DNA from: a virus
DNA: 64,000 nucleotides
Virus record (IMG/VR): IMGVR_UViG_3300045988_165212
Direction: 5' to 3' (one strand)
The translations under genes were made by a program, and so were the position numbers. This document shows positions 18,701-27,460 of this stretch, piece after piece. Each line of letters begins with the position of its first letter. Position 1 is the first letter of the stretch. The notes beneath the pieces are model-generated. The model saw only the letters and a list, made by a program, of their open reading frames with translations. It ran no database searches and was not told the origin of the DNA.

Positions 18701-21700
18701 TCCGTTATCACATACCATGCAAATGGGCTGTCATTGTCAAAGTAATCATTGTACTCTGCATAGAACTTGCTTGGATTTCCCTTGCATGAGAGAATCCACG
18801 ACCAAAGACGCTTGACCGCTGCCTTGTCTTCCTCATTGGCGGTTTCCCAAGTGTCATCAGCCTTGAAACGGAACTCCAGGGCATCGGCAAATGAAGTCAT
18901 GTCAGCCGTACCAAACAAGCAAAGTGTCTCAGAGTTGTTCAAGAACTCCAAGCAGATACATTTGTTTCGCTGTCCGTTCAAAGCTGCTGCATCATTGAAG
19001 CCCTCAATGCCCTCAAAGCCATAGATGGCTGCACTGCCACTTTTCTCATTGTTGAAATTGTACTTGCCAAGGTAGATGTTTTCACCAGTATTGTCATTGT
19101 CATAGAACAAATCAATAGGGAAACCATCCACACCAATACGGACATCATAGTTGCCTGTATATGTCTTTTGTGGTGGTGTGAGCCATCCGCAACGCTTCCA
19201 GATGTCATTGACTATCTTCACGGCTCCAGTGTTATGAGTGGAAGAGGAATCTGAGAAATCCGCTTTCAAACAGAAAATATTTATTGGACGTGCGCCTGGC
19301 TTGAATGAATAGGTACATTCAGGAACTTCCACACCATTCACATACAGCTTGGTTCCATACTTGCTTGAACGGCTGAAATACAAGCGGTAGTTCTTTCTTG
19401 GATAAGTGGTTGATGATGTTCCCTGTATGCGCAATCCGCACTGGTATATGATGAAATCATATTCCTTGCCATAGGCAGAATAGAAATAGATGTCAACAGG
19501 CACTTCAAACTTCTTGTTGTTGGTCTGATTCACAAGATTCACATCGCCCACAATGCGCATCACGCTCTTGCCCTTGGCTCTGAGCTTATCCATATCAACG
19601 TCCGTACCTTCATCATTCATCACCTGATTGTTCTCGAACAGCACAACCATTTCATCAGTAGTAGGACGATCCACCATGTAGTTGGCAAGTTCTTCATCAT
19701 CGCCAAGCGCACGGTTATAGACACGGATGTTTCTCAGTTCCACATCTGCACTATCGCTTCCAACCTTGATGTTGACAGGTGTCGATTGCAAAAGACTGTC
19801 GGTGTTGGCATACTGCTTCGCACCGCAAAGAATACCGTTTACATAGAGTTCCAACAGACGGTTGCCAGACTTCTCTTGCACGACAAAGGCAATTTTCAAG
19901 TTCAAGCCACTCGCAAAAAGCGTATTGACCTCCGTTCCTGCCCCTGTTCTCATTATAGCCTCTTGTGTGGTCAGCTTGAAGCCGACATTGCCATTCATGC
20001 AATCAATGACAACACCGTTTCTGTCTGTCACATTGGAACACATCAGTTCCATTTCATAAGTGGCTCCATTGGTTGTGGCATCGCTCTTGAATGGTGTGTA
20101 ACCGATTTCGATGTTTGCCCCATTGGTCAGTTTCAAAGCGTCACCAGTCCATCCGTTGCTTTTCCAGTCAAAGCCATTGAACGTGGTTCTAATGCCGTTA
20201 TAAGTCCATTCGGACGGTGTACTTTCACTGTTGCTTCTGCCTGATGCTGTAAGTTTCAGTTGCAAGCCAGATGTTGTCTCATTCAGGTCAATGCCACTTT
20301 CATTCACATCAATGTAGAAATTGTATTCAGTGACACCACACTTGAATTTCATTTGGTTTGTTCCCTTTTCAAGGAATCGGTTTGTGTAAATCTGTGTGGT
20401 TCTTGGCACACTTACATTCTGCGTCTTGATGTCATTGCGATATACAGACACATCCGCTGGTGTCGCTGTTGGGTCATAGGCAACGAACTCAAATTTTACT
20501 TGCTCATATTGTCCAGCTTCCAAAGTTGGTGCCAAATGGTCTTTTGTAAAGATACGACCATCCGAGTGCGTCATCATGGTTCCGATAAAAGGCGAATTGC
20601 TGCCTGTTTTCAGAATATCCATATAGATGCTATCGCTCTTCAAGGTCAAGTCTGCACTTGCCTCCATTTCTGCCACCATTTGGATGGTGTGCCTTCCCAC
20701 ACTGAATGCGGTCATTGACAACGAGAAACTGCTGTTGGTCGTTCCGCTTCGTGTTATGGTGTGGGCATTCTGCTGTTTGCCATCCACATAAAGCGTCACC
20801 ACCTTGGTTCCCGAGCCACTTATTGCGTATGGAATACTGATGGTCTCGTTTGTCCCATAGCCACCCTTTGCAATGGCTTCTGCAAGGTTGAAACTGCTTG
20901 CCAGGGATAACGTCACGACCTTTACGCTCACATAGCTCTGTTTCATCTGCTTCTTGCCAGTTGTCGGATCAGTAGTGGATGCTTTTACATATATGTCGGT
21001 TGTACCAACCTGCAAGTATTTGGAGAGGTCAAGCGTATAACTTCCCTTGCTCACATCCTCGATGGTGTCATGGTACATGGTGATTGAACCACGTTTCATT
21101 TCAATCTCAATGGTTGCTTTCTGGCCTGTTGACGTACCTTTCTCATCACCGCTGCTATATTGGTGGTCGTAAGAGTATGTGAGTTGCGCACTGCCACCTT
21201 CCTTGATGACACTGTTGTTGACGGATGCGCCCAATACAATCTTTGTGGTGGAAGTTTCACCACCACCGCCACCTTTTCCTGCTGGTATGTCCAAGCCCAC
21301 GACTTCCGCACCACTCTTGTTGGTTAAGGTAAGATGTACCGTGCTTTCATCCTCACTAAGTTCAGCATTGCCACCAAAGATGGTGTTTGCCTCCACCTCA
21401 TTGAGCTTCGCCGTCACTGCTGAGTTCTGCACAGGGTTCGTGCTGTTTGCGTCAAGACTTTCATCAACCTCAGTTTCCTTGATGGTCACATTCACGTTGC
21501 CAGTGGAATCAGGTGTTTGCTTCGTGCCATTTACCGTTATACTCTTGACAGTCCCTGCACCGCCGAAATCTTCCCAACTTGAAATTGATTCCCAGCTTGA
21601 AAGATTCGTGCCAATGAATTGCTTGGTCTCCCACTTGCCTTGTGATACCTCATAAGTTATGCAACGTCCCTTGGCACGCTGCTTTTCCTCCACTGCTTTG

Positions 21701-22446
21701 ATGGCAGTGGCAAGCGTATAGTAACCGTTTTCAAGCGGAACTTGCTCAGTCACATTGTACGTGTTACCGCCACCGCTGCCACTGATTTCAACAAGGTCAT
21801 TTTCTTCATCGCTCCAAACATAGAGAACATCACCACAAAGATAAACCTTGTTTTTCTGTATGCTTGAAACATCCTCACCACGGTACAATTCCGCATTGGG
21901 AACACCTTCAACAGCCCAGTTGCCGTAATACTTGCCACCCACATAATAGGCAAATTGCTTTTGGCTCTGCACATAGACGATTACACCGCCCTTGGCAATG
22001 GATGATTGAAGTTGTATTGTGGCAGATTCCACCATATAGGAAAAACGTGCCGTTGCACCATTGAAAGCAGCCTTGGCTACATTCTCGTATTTAGCCACAA
22101 CCTCAGATGCAGCAGCCACAGCACTATTAGCTTCTTCCGCTGCATCAGAAGCTGCTGACGCGGCTGCATTGGCTGCACTTGCAGCAGAATTTGCGACCTG
22201 TGTGATAGAATACACGGTTTGCGCTGCTTCCGTTGCTCGATTTGCTGCACTTACTGCATTTGCCACAGCATCCTCCGCTGGTTTGGTCAGCAGCTTTATT
22301 GGCGCACTCACTACTTCCTCACCTCGTAAGGCTGGAAGGCTCATAATACCGTCCAAGCTATCTACTTGCTCCAGTTCATCTACACCTTGCGATTCAGCTT
22401 TCATCGCATTGAGTAGTTCTTGCTTCTCTTCGTTTGTCAATGCCAT
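15622..22446 (-). CDS. Giant tail fibre / receptor-binding protein (2274 aa), the DGR target
   Basis: Ala-rich coiled-coil N-terminus, Ig-like repeats, LamG-like segment (~19700..20250), CotH-like domain (GTSSTTYPRKNYRLYF..PYDMDTIFG, ~18400..19450), LRRs (~17470..17960), and a C-type-lectin/FGE-like C-terminus carrying the AAY tract. Confidence 0.85.
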   Translation of the reverse strand: MALTNEEKQELLNAMKAESQGVDELEQVDSLDGIMSLPALRGEEVVSAPIKLLTKPAEDAVANAVSAANRATEAAQTVYSITQVANSAASAANAAASAASDAAEEANSAVAAASEVVAKYENVAKAAFNGATARFSYMVESATIQLQSSIAKGGVIVYVQSQKQFAYYVGGKYYGNWAVEGVPNAELYRGEDVSSIQKNKVYLCGDVLYVWSDEENDLVEISGSGGGNTYNVTEQVPLENGYYTLATAIKAVEEKQRAKGRCITYEVSQGKWETKQFIGTNLSSWESISSWEDFGGAGTVKSITVNGTKQTPDSTGNVNVTIKETEVDESLDANSTNPVQNSAVTAKLNEVEANTIFGGNAELSEDESTVHLTLTNKSGAEVVGLDIPAGKGGGGGETSTTKIVLGASVNNSVIKEGGSAQLTYSYDHQYSSGDEKGTSTGQKATIEIEMKRGSITMYHDTIEDVSKGSYTLDLSKYLQVGTTDIYVKASTTDPTTGKKQMKQSYVSVKVVTLSLASSFNLAEAIAKGGYGTNETISIPYAISGSGTKVVTLYVDGKQQNAHTITRSGTTNSSFSLSMTAFSVGRHTIQMVAEMEASADLTLKSDSIYMDILKTGSNSPFIGTMMTHSDGRIFTKDHLAPTLEAGQYEQVKFEFVAYDPTATPADVSVYRNDIKTQNVSVPRTTQIYTNRFLEKGTNQMKFKCGVTEYNFYIDVNESGIDLNETTSGLQLKLTASGRSNSESTPSEWTYNGIRTTFNGFDWKSNGWTGDALKLTNGANIEIGYTPFKSDATTNGATYEMELMCSNVTDRNGVVIDCMNGNVGFKLTTQEAIMRTGAGTEVNTLFASGLNLKIAFVVQEKSGNRLLELYVNGILCGAKQYANTDSLLQSTPVNIKVGSDSADVELRNIRVYNRALGDDEELANYMVDRPTTDEMVVLFENNQVMNDEGTDVDMDKLRAKGKSVMRIVGDVNLVNQTNNKKFEVPVDIYFYSAYGKEYDFIIYQCGLRIQGTSSTTYPRKNYRLYFSRSSKYGTKLYVNGVEVPECTYSFKPGARPINIFCLKADFSDSSSTHNTGAVKIVNDIWKRCGWLTPPQKTYTGNYDVRIGVDGFPIDLFYDNDNTGENIYLGKYNFNNEKSGSAAIYGFEGIEGFNDAAALNGQRNKCICLEFLNNSETLCLFGTADMTSFADALEFRFKADDTWETANEEDKAAVKRLWSWILSCKGNPSKFYAEYNDYFDNDSPFAWYVITDYFMAVDNRAKNMMLVTWDGLHWQFIPYDMDTIFGERNDSVLKYDYTITWETLDESIGSYAFAGHDSVLWELVRGCPDKLREVADKIRSNMSLEYVLNMFNVEQMGNWCERIYNKDGIYKYITPLTEGVTSADGTNYYNYLYALQGSRYAHRTFTIQNRFALLDSQYVCGTYRKDSFAAYFGYKFGSDNRKIKITSSERYYFGYGYTSGTPHQSAVLAEDTGSMVQLTLDTDLIVNDPQYVYGASRIMGLDLTDVSHAILQTLNLNNCSALRTLDVSCAATQTTLNALLVNGCKNLRTLNMTGLKSTSFTGIDLSANTKLETFRAGKSALTGVSFAQGSPLKTVVLPSTLQTLELRYLSKLTNSGLTLEGTSNVTRLVVDNCPLINWQTLYSRCSKVKYLRITGIDMEGDGTMLKNMLSMGGVDENGGNVDSCRLVGTYRLTSYIADEEYKKWQEHFPELNIIQPEYTMIEFDDTVADDANVSNLDNKTGYKYGNDYVPSGHITALLKKRHRVLAKVTKKPTTRNIKIAGVDTIANNLDGIVTIYPLHDENSNYYADAAEVANCTAAKLDGSEGDIMMFEPHRWIKGINDYLNGKHYSCYSSNVAMPSVPKATVILLSEIQNGGNYRKGYKVMSGKNTLQNSYTADSSYAVCRVSVSGYKRVRFPSVPGSNLVGSIFTDDSGKVVKTIVVPTLSNKFEAGMYLISDIPSDATYLNFTVLQTAEFDKVVLSNSDKIEDMEPDWVNEDDCLCATVGSSVVGDKLRAVVTGGSTTANMAWSDFHYYSVQRGMQQIDASMHSAIANLFFAKYGRRDAQDQCGAGQHTNMRTTGGTMAYGMTDTIGYKAAKAINANVTNSLIDNLVNQYAWYKVNGEYGAVDVKQVNNTCCLGYEDIFGNKYDMMDNVDLPNDSGNAGKWRIWMPDGSTRMVKGTTNSGNWVTAVYHGKYMDVVPVGNVSGSSSTYYSDIYWISTSVSRVVYRGYNNANANGGVVNANANNDAANANANVGSRLDKLITPSIGLPYQGRDS

Positions 22447-22448
22447 AG

Positions 22449-22733
22449 TTATTCGTTTTTATCCGTTTGACAATTTAGTTGCTCATTCAAAGCGTCTATG
22501 ATACTTGGAAAACAATAGTGTTCCACAAGTTCTTTTATGAGATTGACTTCATCATCGGAAAATTCCGTTGCACCATTGCTCTCATATATTTTGAAAGCCA
22601 AATGATGTGCTTTTATTCCCATGGAACGAGTGTAAACCAAATTTGCAATGGTTTCACGAGCGTCACCTGTTTGCTTTCTTTTTTTACTAATCCCTACAGG
22701 AATAGTGAAATTTTGAAAATCTATTTTTGCCAT
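22449..22733 (-). CDS. Hypothetical tail-module protein (94 aa)
   Basis: ORF packed tightly between the Tal-like and fibre genes. Confidence 0.5.
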   Translation of the reverse strand: MAKIDFQNFTIPVGISKKRKQTGDARETIANLVYTRSMGIKAHHLAFKIYESNGATEFSDDEVNLIKELVEHYCFPSIIDALNEQLNCQTDKNE

Positions 22734-22743
22734 ATCTTGTTTT

Positions 22744-25700
22744 TTAACGGTTTATGTCTAATACTTGACCATAATAGGAGCCACTAACATAAGTAAGGGC
22801 TATGCTTACACTGTCACCTTTTCCTAAGCAAAGTTGGTCTGTGTTTCTGTTATCATCACGCCAATGTCCTCCATCATGGTTTAGCAAATCGCCATCACCA
22901 TTTATTTTAACATAAACATTGTTAGAACTCTTTGAGCTATTTATGATTTTAACAGGGACACAAAAGGTTTTACTTTCTTCTATTCCAAGCTGCAATCGTA
23001 TTTCATCCAATTTTGGCAAGGAAACCCATGTGTTACCAGAAGAATTATTAAAAGCGGTCAATGTCGTACCATGGTCGAGTGTTATGATGTAAGCTGTACC
23101 TGCTTTTGTTGTATTGATAATTCTACCAATTTCTAAGAATCCTCCATCACATACAATAGCTCCTTTTGTATAAAGTGCAACATCACGACTCAAGACATTA
23201 TCACTTATTATTTTCACTGCTGGCAAATAACAGTCACCAGGATCAGGATTCATCTGCCGATAAAAATAACCAGCACAATTGCACCAGGAAGTTGATTCTG
23301 TCTGTTGTGGGTCTGCACCATTGCCAATAGCAACCTTTATGTTAGCCACATCACCTGGCTTGAATACTCCTACTTGTGATTGTAACTTAATCAGTCCTGG
23401 TCTAATTGCCGCTAAATCTTGTTTATAACTATTATCTGTCCATTTTGCTGGGTCGCCATAATACAAGCCTTGGTTGTCTATCAGGAAATATCCTATTTTG
23501 CCTTCATAAGCCTCAATTTTACCTTTTATCTTGGCATTTTGTGCCTCAATGCTACCATCCTCCAATATTTTGAAATTTTCGTTGGCAGTCACAAGTCCTT
23601 CCAGCTTGATGTTGTCGGCACAGATATGCACACCGCTTTCCAAATTTCCATTTTCATCTTTTGTGACGAATGCGGAAATGTCTGCCTGTTTGACAATGTT
23701 CTTGTCTTCATCTACCGCTGTGGCAAACATACCAGCAAAAGCCTCGATGCTGACATAATTGCCAATTTTCTCATTCAATCCCATCATGTCAGAATTGTAC
23801 TGTTGCAACCATTCTGCATAGTCTGTAGCTGTCACAAGTCCAGCTTGGTTCTTTAGACTTCCGTCCTCATTGAACCTTTGGCTGATAAGTTCATTATACT
23901 TTGCTGTTGTTATGATGTCGCTTTCAGACAAAACATTGCCGTCCTTATCAAAATTTTGGGCTGCAATCTTTACAAGTGTTTCACTTTGTTCAAACAGCGT
24001 CTTATACTTGTATGCCAATGATTCCACACGGTCAGTTGAAAGAATGAGCATATACAGATAGATGTCGCCTGTGAAGCTCAGTTTGAAGTCACCAGTACCA
24101 TTCCAAAGGCCATTGCAAGAATATTGCTTGTAGCCATCAGTCTCAGCAATTTCCTCTTCAACGTGCATGGAGTTGAAATTTTCAAAGCCAGTCTTATCAA
24201 CATTCTCAAACTCCACGGTCAATGTGCCAGCCTTGGCACATCTGTAGAAGAACGTGAGGAAAACAGGAATTGCCTCTTTGGTTCCGTCTTCTCTTGTGGT
24301 CATTGGTGGAATGCTCTGCAAATTGGTGTTCTTCTGGCTGATGTACTTGTTTCTGATGCGTACAACAGTTCTGCCCATGTCCTTACAGACACTTGCGCTG
24401 TTGCCACGTTTGGACAAAGCCTTTCCGTTAGTCCATATCCAACGATTGCCAGCGAGGAAGAAAACCGTTTCGTTCTCTGTAGCCCATTTGTCCATGCCAT
24501 CAGAAAAGGCTGGATTGTTCAAATAGCCTCGATCACTTGCAAAGTCCTGTCTCAGTCCCTCAACAGCGGATTCAATCTTTCCTTCCGTTATCTCGAACTT
24601 GGTCTTGATGTCTTCACCAGTCACCAAGAGAAATGTACCACGTAAGTAGGCATTATCTGAATAAAGACCGTTTCCATGTGGTTGGTTGTTGGACGGAAAC
24701 CAATCATCCTTGATTCCGTCAAGATTGCCAAGTCTTGCACGCAAGGCATTGGTGAAACTCTTGCCATTCACACCATCCATGACATCAATCCTGGGCTGTC
24801 CGTCTTCTGTCGCTGATATGAGTATGAGGTTTTGGCGATTGCTGTTTGTGGTGTTGCCCATCAATACACATTCATCGCCTTCTGCTGGTTCCGTCTTGTC
24901 AAACTCTTCCTTGGCTACAAGAATGCCATCACCGTTCACACCTGCGACCTCGACCCAATAACTTTTCAGATTTGCACCCGTGAAGGTTTGACATCGCATC
25001 AAGTCATGTGCAACAAAAGTGTTTTCTTGCTCGAAGCGAATGAGGTAATAACCATCTTGCTCTTCAACACTCTTTATCTTGCCATTGGCTGCACTTACGC
25101 AAATCTGACCGCCGACACTCCTAATCTTATTTATCAAGAGTTCAAAGATGGTCATTATCTGGCGCACGGTCAGTTTGTCAACAGTAAGATTGGAAAGACC
25201 ACTTTCATCAATCCAAAGCTGCCATCCCTCACCATTGAAGCCATCAACAAACTTGGCACTTCCCAAAAATTGGCGCACCACCATTGTCAGCAGTTCACCA
25301 TTGCCTTTGCCATCCAAGTGACCACCTGCAACGCCCTCCACAAAGTCACCGAGGTCAATACCCTCATCAAAGATGATTTTCTTTTTCGCTCGATCAATTT
25401 TCTTCTTACTAAGAAATTCCCTTTGGCTTCTTCGAGCTGAGAACAGATTTGTGTCAGTTGGCAAAGTGTTGTCCCATGTACGGATGATGTCTGGCAAACT
25501 TCCAGATGTGCGCTCACGTGTATAGTTCTTGATGTTGACCAAGCTGTCATTCACCTGATCCAATGTGCCACTTTGGAGTGCATCACTGATTTCCAAGTCC
25601 ACTTGTGAAGGCAAGACAACCTTTCTTGTTATCTTGGTTATTCGGCTGCTTCTATACCCAGTATCAAGGAAAAACTTCTCACTTTCAAGCCTTACCCTAC

Positions 25701-26970
25701 GACCAACGAACAAGTCTGCATTGTTCTGTTCCACCCAAACATGGTCGGTCTTGCCTTTGTAGATGCTGATGTCTTGCCAGTGTTCCGCATTATATTGGTC
25801 AACAGCCGTGCGGAACTCTTCTTCAGCAAGGGTGTAATATTCATCTGGCATTCTGATGTTCCAGAGAATGTAATGGTTGCCCTCTTTGGGAACAAGATTA
25901 CCACCAGGCAGTTGCGTGTCATCATCGTATGGCCATATCGTGATAATTTCAAACTCACGTGTCTTGCTGTCGAAATTCACCTCAAAGTAATGATCATCAT
26001 CTGTTCCAAGACCTGCGAGTTCACCATCTTGGAAGGAAACACGCTTTACCTCATTGGCAAGCTCGTATTCATTTGGGTCGAAATTGAGCGTATCATCCTT
26101 GAAGTAATAGATGATGAAAGGATTGCCGTCATCATCCGTCTTTGTCTCAGAGCGCACGCTGCTGACCAACCCTAAACGCCGTGGGTATATGCCGGAAAAG
26201 GCATCTTGCTCATAATGGTCATATATGCCGTATTCCTCAGTATGAAGTTCGATGTATTTCAAGCCACCAGGCAACATCAAGCGATTATGACCATATTTCT
26301 CTGGGTCGATGTTTCGTGTGCTGCCAATCGGGAACAGACGTGTGTAGAACTTGGCTGTGTTGCTGGTGTCTCGCTCCAGTTCTGTCAATCCATTGCCATA
26401 GCCAATGGCAAGTTCCTCACCATGTTCACAACGGCAAATGTTTACAGTTTGCCCCTCAATCCACCATTCGGCCTTTCCACCTACCTTTTCAGCGATTTCC
26501 TTCAAGGCTTCATCGCAATACTTACCATCATAGTCAATGACAATGTTATCAGTGCCATCCACTTGGCCAATCTTCCAGTCAGTAGTATGATCCAAGCCAT
26601 TATTGATGCACTTCACTATCATCTTCACATGGTCACGTGGTGGAGCCGTGAGAGTGAACACTGGTTCTGCGTTGCCGTCAGTGGTTTCAAGCACCAGGAA
26701 ACGTTTGATGATGCTCTCAATGCCATATAGCTTCAAGTCATACACCCATTCTGTTTCACTGTTCTGCTTTGGGGCATACTTTTCCATCAGCCAATAACGT
26801 TCGCCCTCAAAGTCCGTGTAATCATTCACGTCAAGGGTAATGTTGGCATAATGGGTGAATGAAAGGGTGAGGATGTTGTCACCCTGCACCTCCTTCACTT
26901 GTGTTGAGCTGTCATCAGGGGCAATCTCAGCCTTTGCATAGCCTGTTTTGTCGTATATTGTTTGAACCAT
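22744..26970 (-). CDS. Tal-like tail tip / baseplate hub protein (phage minor structural protein)
   Basis: 1408 aa, two genes downstream of the tape measure. The N-terminal ~350 aa resemble the siphophage Prophage_tail / minor structural protein N-terminal region. Confidence 0.65.
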   Translation of the reverse strand: MVQTIYDKTGYAKAEIAPDDSSTQVKEVQGDNILTLSFTHYANITLDVNDYTDFEGERYWLMEKYAPKQNSETEWVYDLKLYGIESIIKRFLVLETTDGNAEPVFTLTAPPRDHVKMIVKCINNGLDHTTDWKIGQVDGTDNIVIDYDGKYCDEALKEIAEKVGGKAEWWIEGQTVNICRCEHGEELAIGYGNGLTELERDTSNTAKFYTRLFPIGSTRNIDPEKYGHNRLMLPGGLKYIELHTEEYGIYDHYEQDAFSGIYPRRLGLVSSVRSETKTDDDGNPFIIYYFKDDTLNFDPNEYELANEVKRVSFQDGELAGLGTDDDHYFEVNFDSKTREFEIITIWPYDDDTQLPGGNLVPKEGNHYILWNIRMPDEYYTLAEEEFRTAVDQYNAEHWQDISIYKGKTDHVWVEQNNADLFVGRRVRLESEKFFLDTGYRSSRITKITRKVVLPSQVDLEISDALQSGTLDQVNDSLVNIKNYTRERTSGSLPDIIRTWDNTLPTDTNLFSARRSQREFLSKKKIDRAKKKIIFDEGIDLGDFVEGVAGGHLDGKGNGELLTMVVRQFLGSAKFVDGFNGEGWQLWIDESGLSNLTVDKLTVRQIMTIFELLINKIRSVGGQICVSAANGKIKSVEEQDGYYLIRFEQENTFVAHDLMRCQTFTGANLKSYWVEVAGVNGDGILVAKEEFDKTEPAEGDECVLMGNTTNSNRQNLILISATEDGQPRIDVMDGVNGKSFTNALRARLGNLDGIKDDWFPSNNQPHGNGLYSDNAYLRGTFLLVTGEDIKTKFEITEGKIESAVEGLRQDFASDRGYLNNPAFSDGMDKWATENETVFFLAGNRWIWTNGKALSKRGNSASVCKDMGRTVVRIRNKYISQKNTNLQSIPPMTTREDGTKEAIPVFLTFFYRCAKAGTLTVEFENVDKTGFENFNSMHVEEEIAETDGYKQYSCNGLWNGTGDFKLSFTGDIYLYMLILSTDRVESLAYKYKTLFEQSETLVKIAAQNFDKDGNVLSESDIITTAKYNELISQRFNEDGSLKNQAGLVTATDYAEWLQQYNSDMMGLNEKIGNYVSIEAFAGMFATAVDEDKNIVKQADISAFVTKDENGNLESGVHICADNIKLEGLVTANENFKILEDGSIEAQNAKIKGKIEAYEGKIGYFLIDNQGLYYGDPAKWTDNSYKQDLAAIRPGLIKLQSQVGVFKPGDVANIKVAIGNGADPQQTESTSWCNCAGYFYRQMNPDPGDCYLPAVKIISDNVLSRDVALYTKGAIVCDGGFLEIGRIINTTKAGTAYIITLDHGTTLTAFNNSSGNTWVSLPKLDEIRLQLGIEESKTFCVPVKIINSSKSSNNVYVKINGDGDLLNHDGGHWRDDNRNTDQLCLGKGDSVSIALTYVSGSYYGQVLDINR

Positions 26971-26994
26971 GTTTCAATACTGTTGTAATGTCAT

Positions 26995-27459
26995 TTAAAT
27001 GATGGGGACTGGCTCACGGAATTTCACTTTGAACTTGCTTGCCTGCACACCATCTTTCCATATATAGGTCAGAGGCTTAAACTTTCCACAATCCAAGAAT
27101 CTCATGTGCAATGTCAAGTCAAGGTCAGGAAAAGCGAAGTCAAGCCAACCGTTTTTGCCTTGCTTCAGGAACTTGATGAAATCAGCATACGATTTCAACC
27201 ATCCTTCCTTGGTCTTGTTATACATGGCAAAATACAGTTCCACGTCACGAGCTTCATTCTTTGGTGTCAATACGTCAGAGTATTTTTCACCATCCTCCTC
27301 TCTAATGTTCACTGCCGTTTCATCCTTTGTCTTGCTTGGTGTAAGTATGGCGGTCAGATTGGCCATGTCGCCCTTTTTGTCTTCTGTCAGAAAAACACCA
27401 TATTCTTTCCAGATGTCAGTGCCATTGACCAGTACCTGGCCACTAAGTATTTCATCCAT
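26995..27459 (-). CDS. Distal tail protein (Dit)-position protein
   Basis: 154-aa ORF directly after the tape measure gene. Assignment is by position only. Confidence 0.4.
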   Translation of the reverse strand: MDEILSGQVLVNGTDIWKEYGVFLTEDKKGDMANLTAILTPSKTKDETAVNIREEDGEKYSDVLTPKNEARDVELYFAMYNKTKEGWLKSYADFIKFLKQGKNGWLDFAFPDLDLTLHMRFLDCGKFKPLTYIWKDGVQASKFKVKFREPVPII

Positions 27460-27460
27460 A

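Noticed and set aside
22449-22733. 94-aa ORF considered as a possible Avd (DGR accessory protein)
   Set aside because: It lies upstream of the 6.8-kb target gene, far from the TR and RT, in the tail module. I see no Avd-like basic four-helix signature that I could defend from sequence alone.
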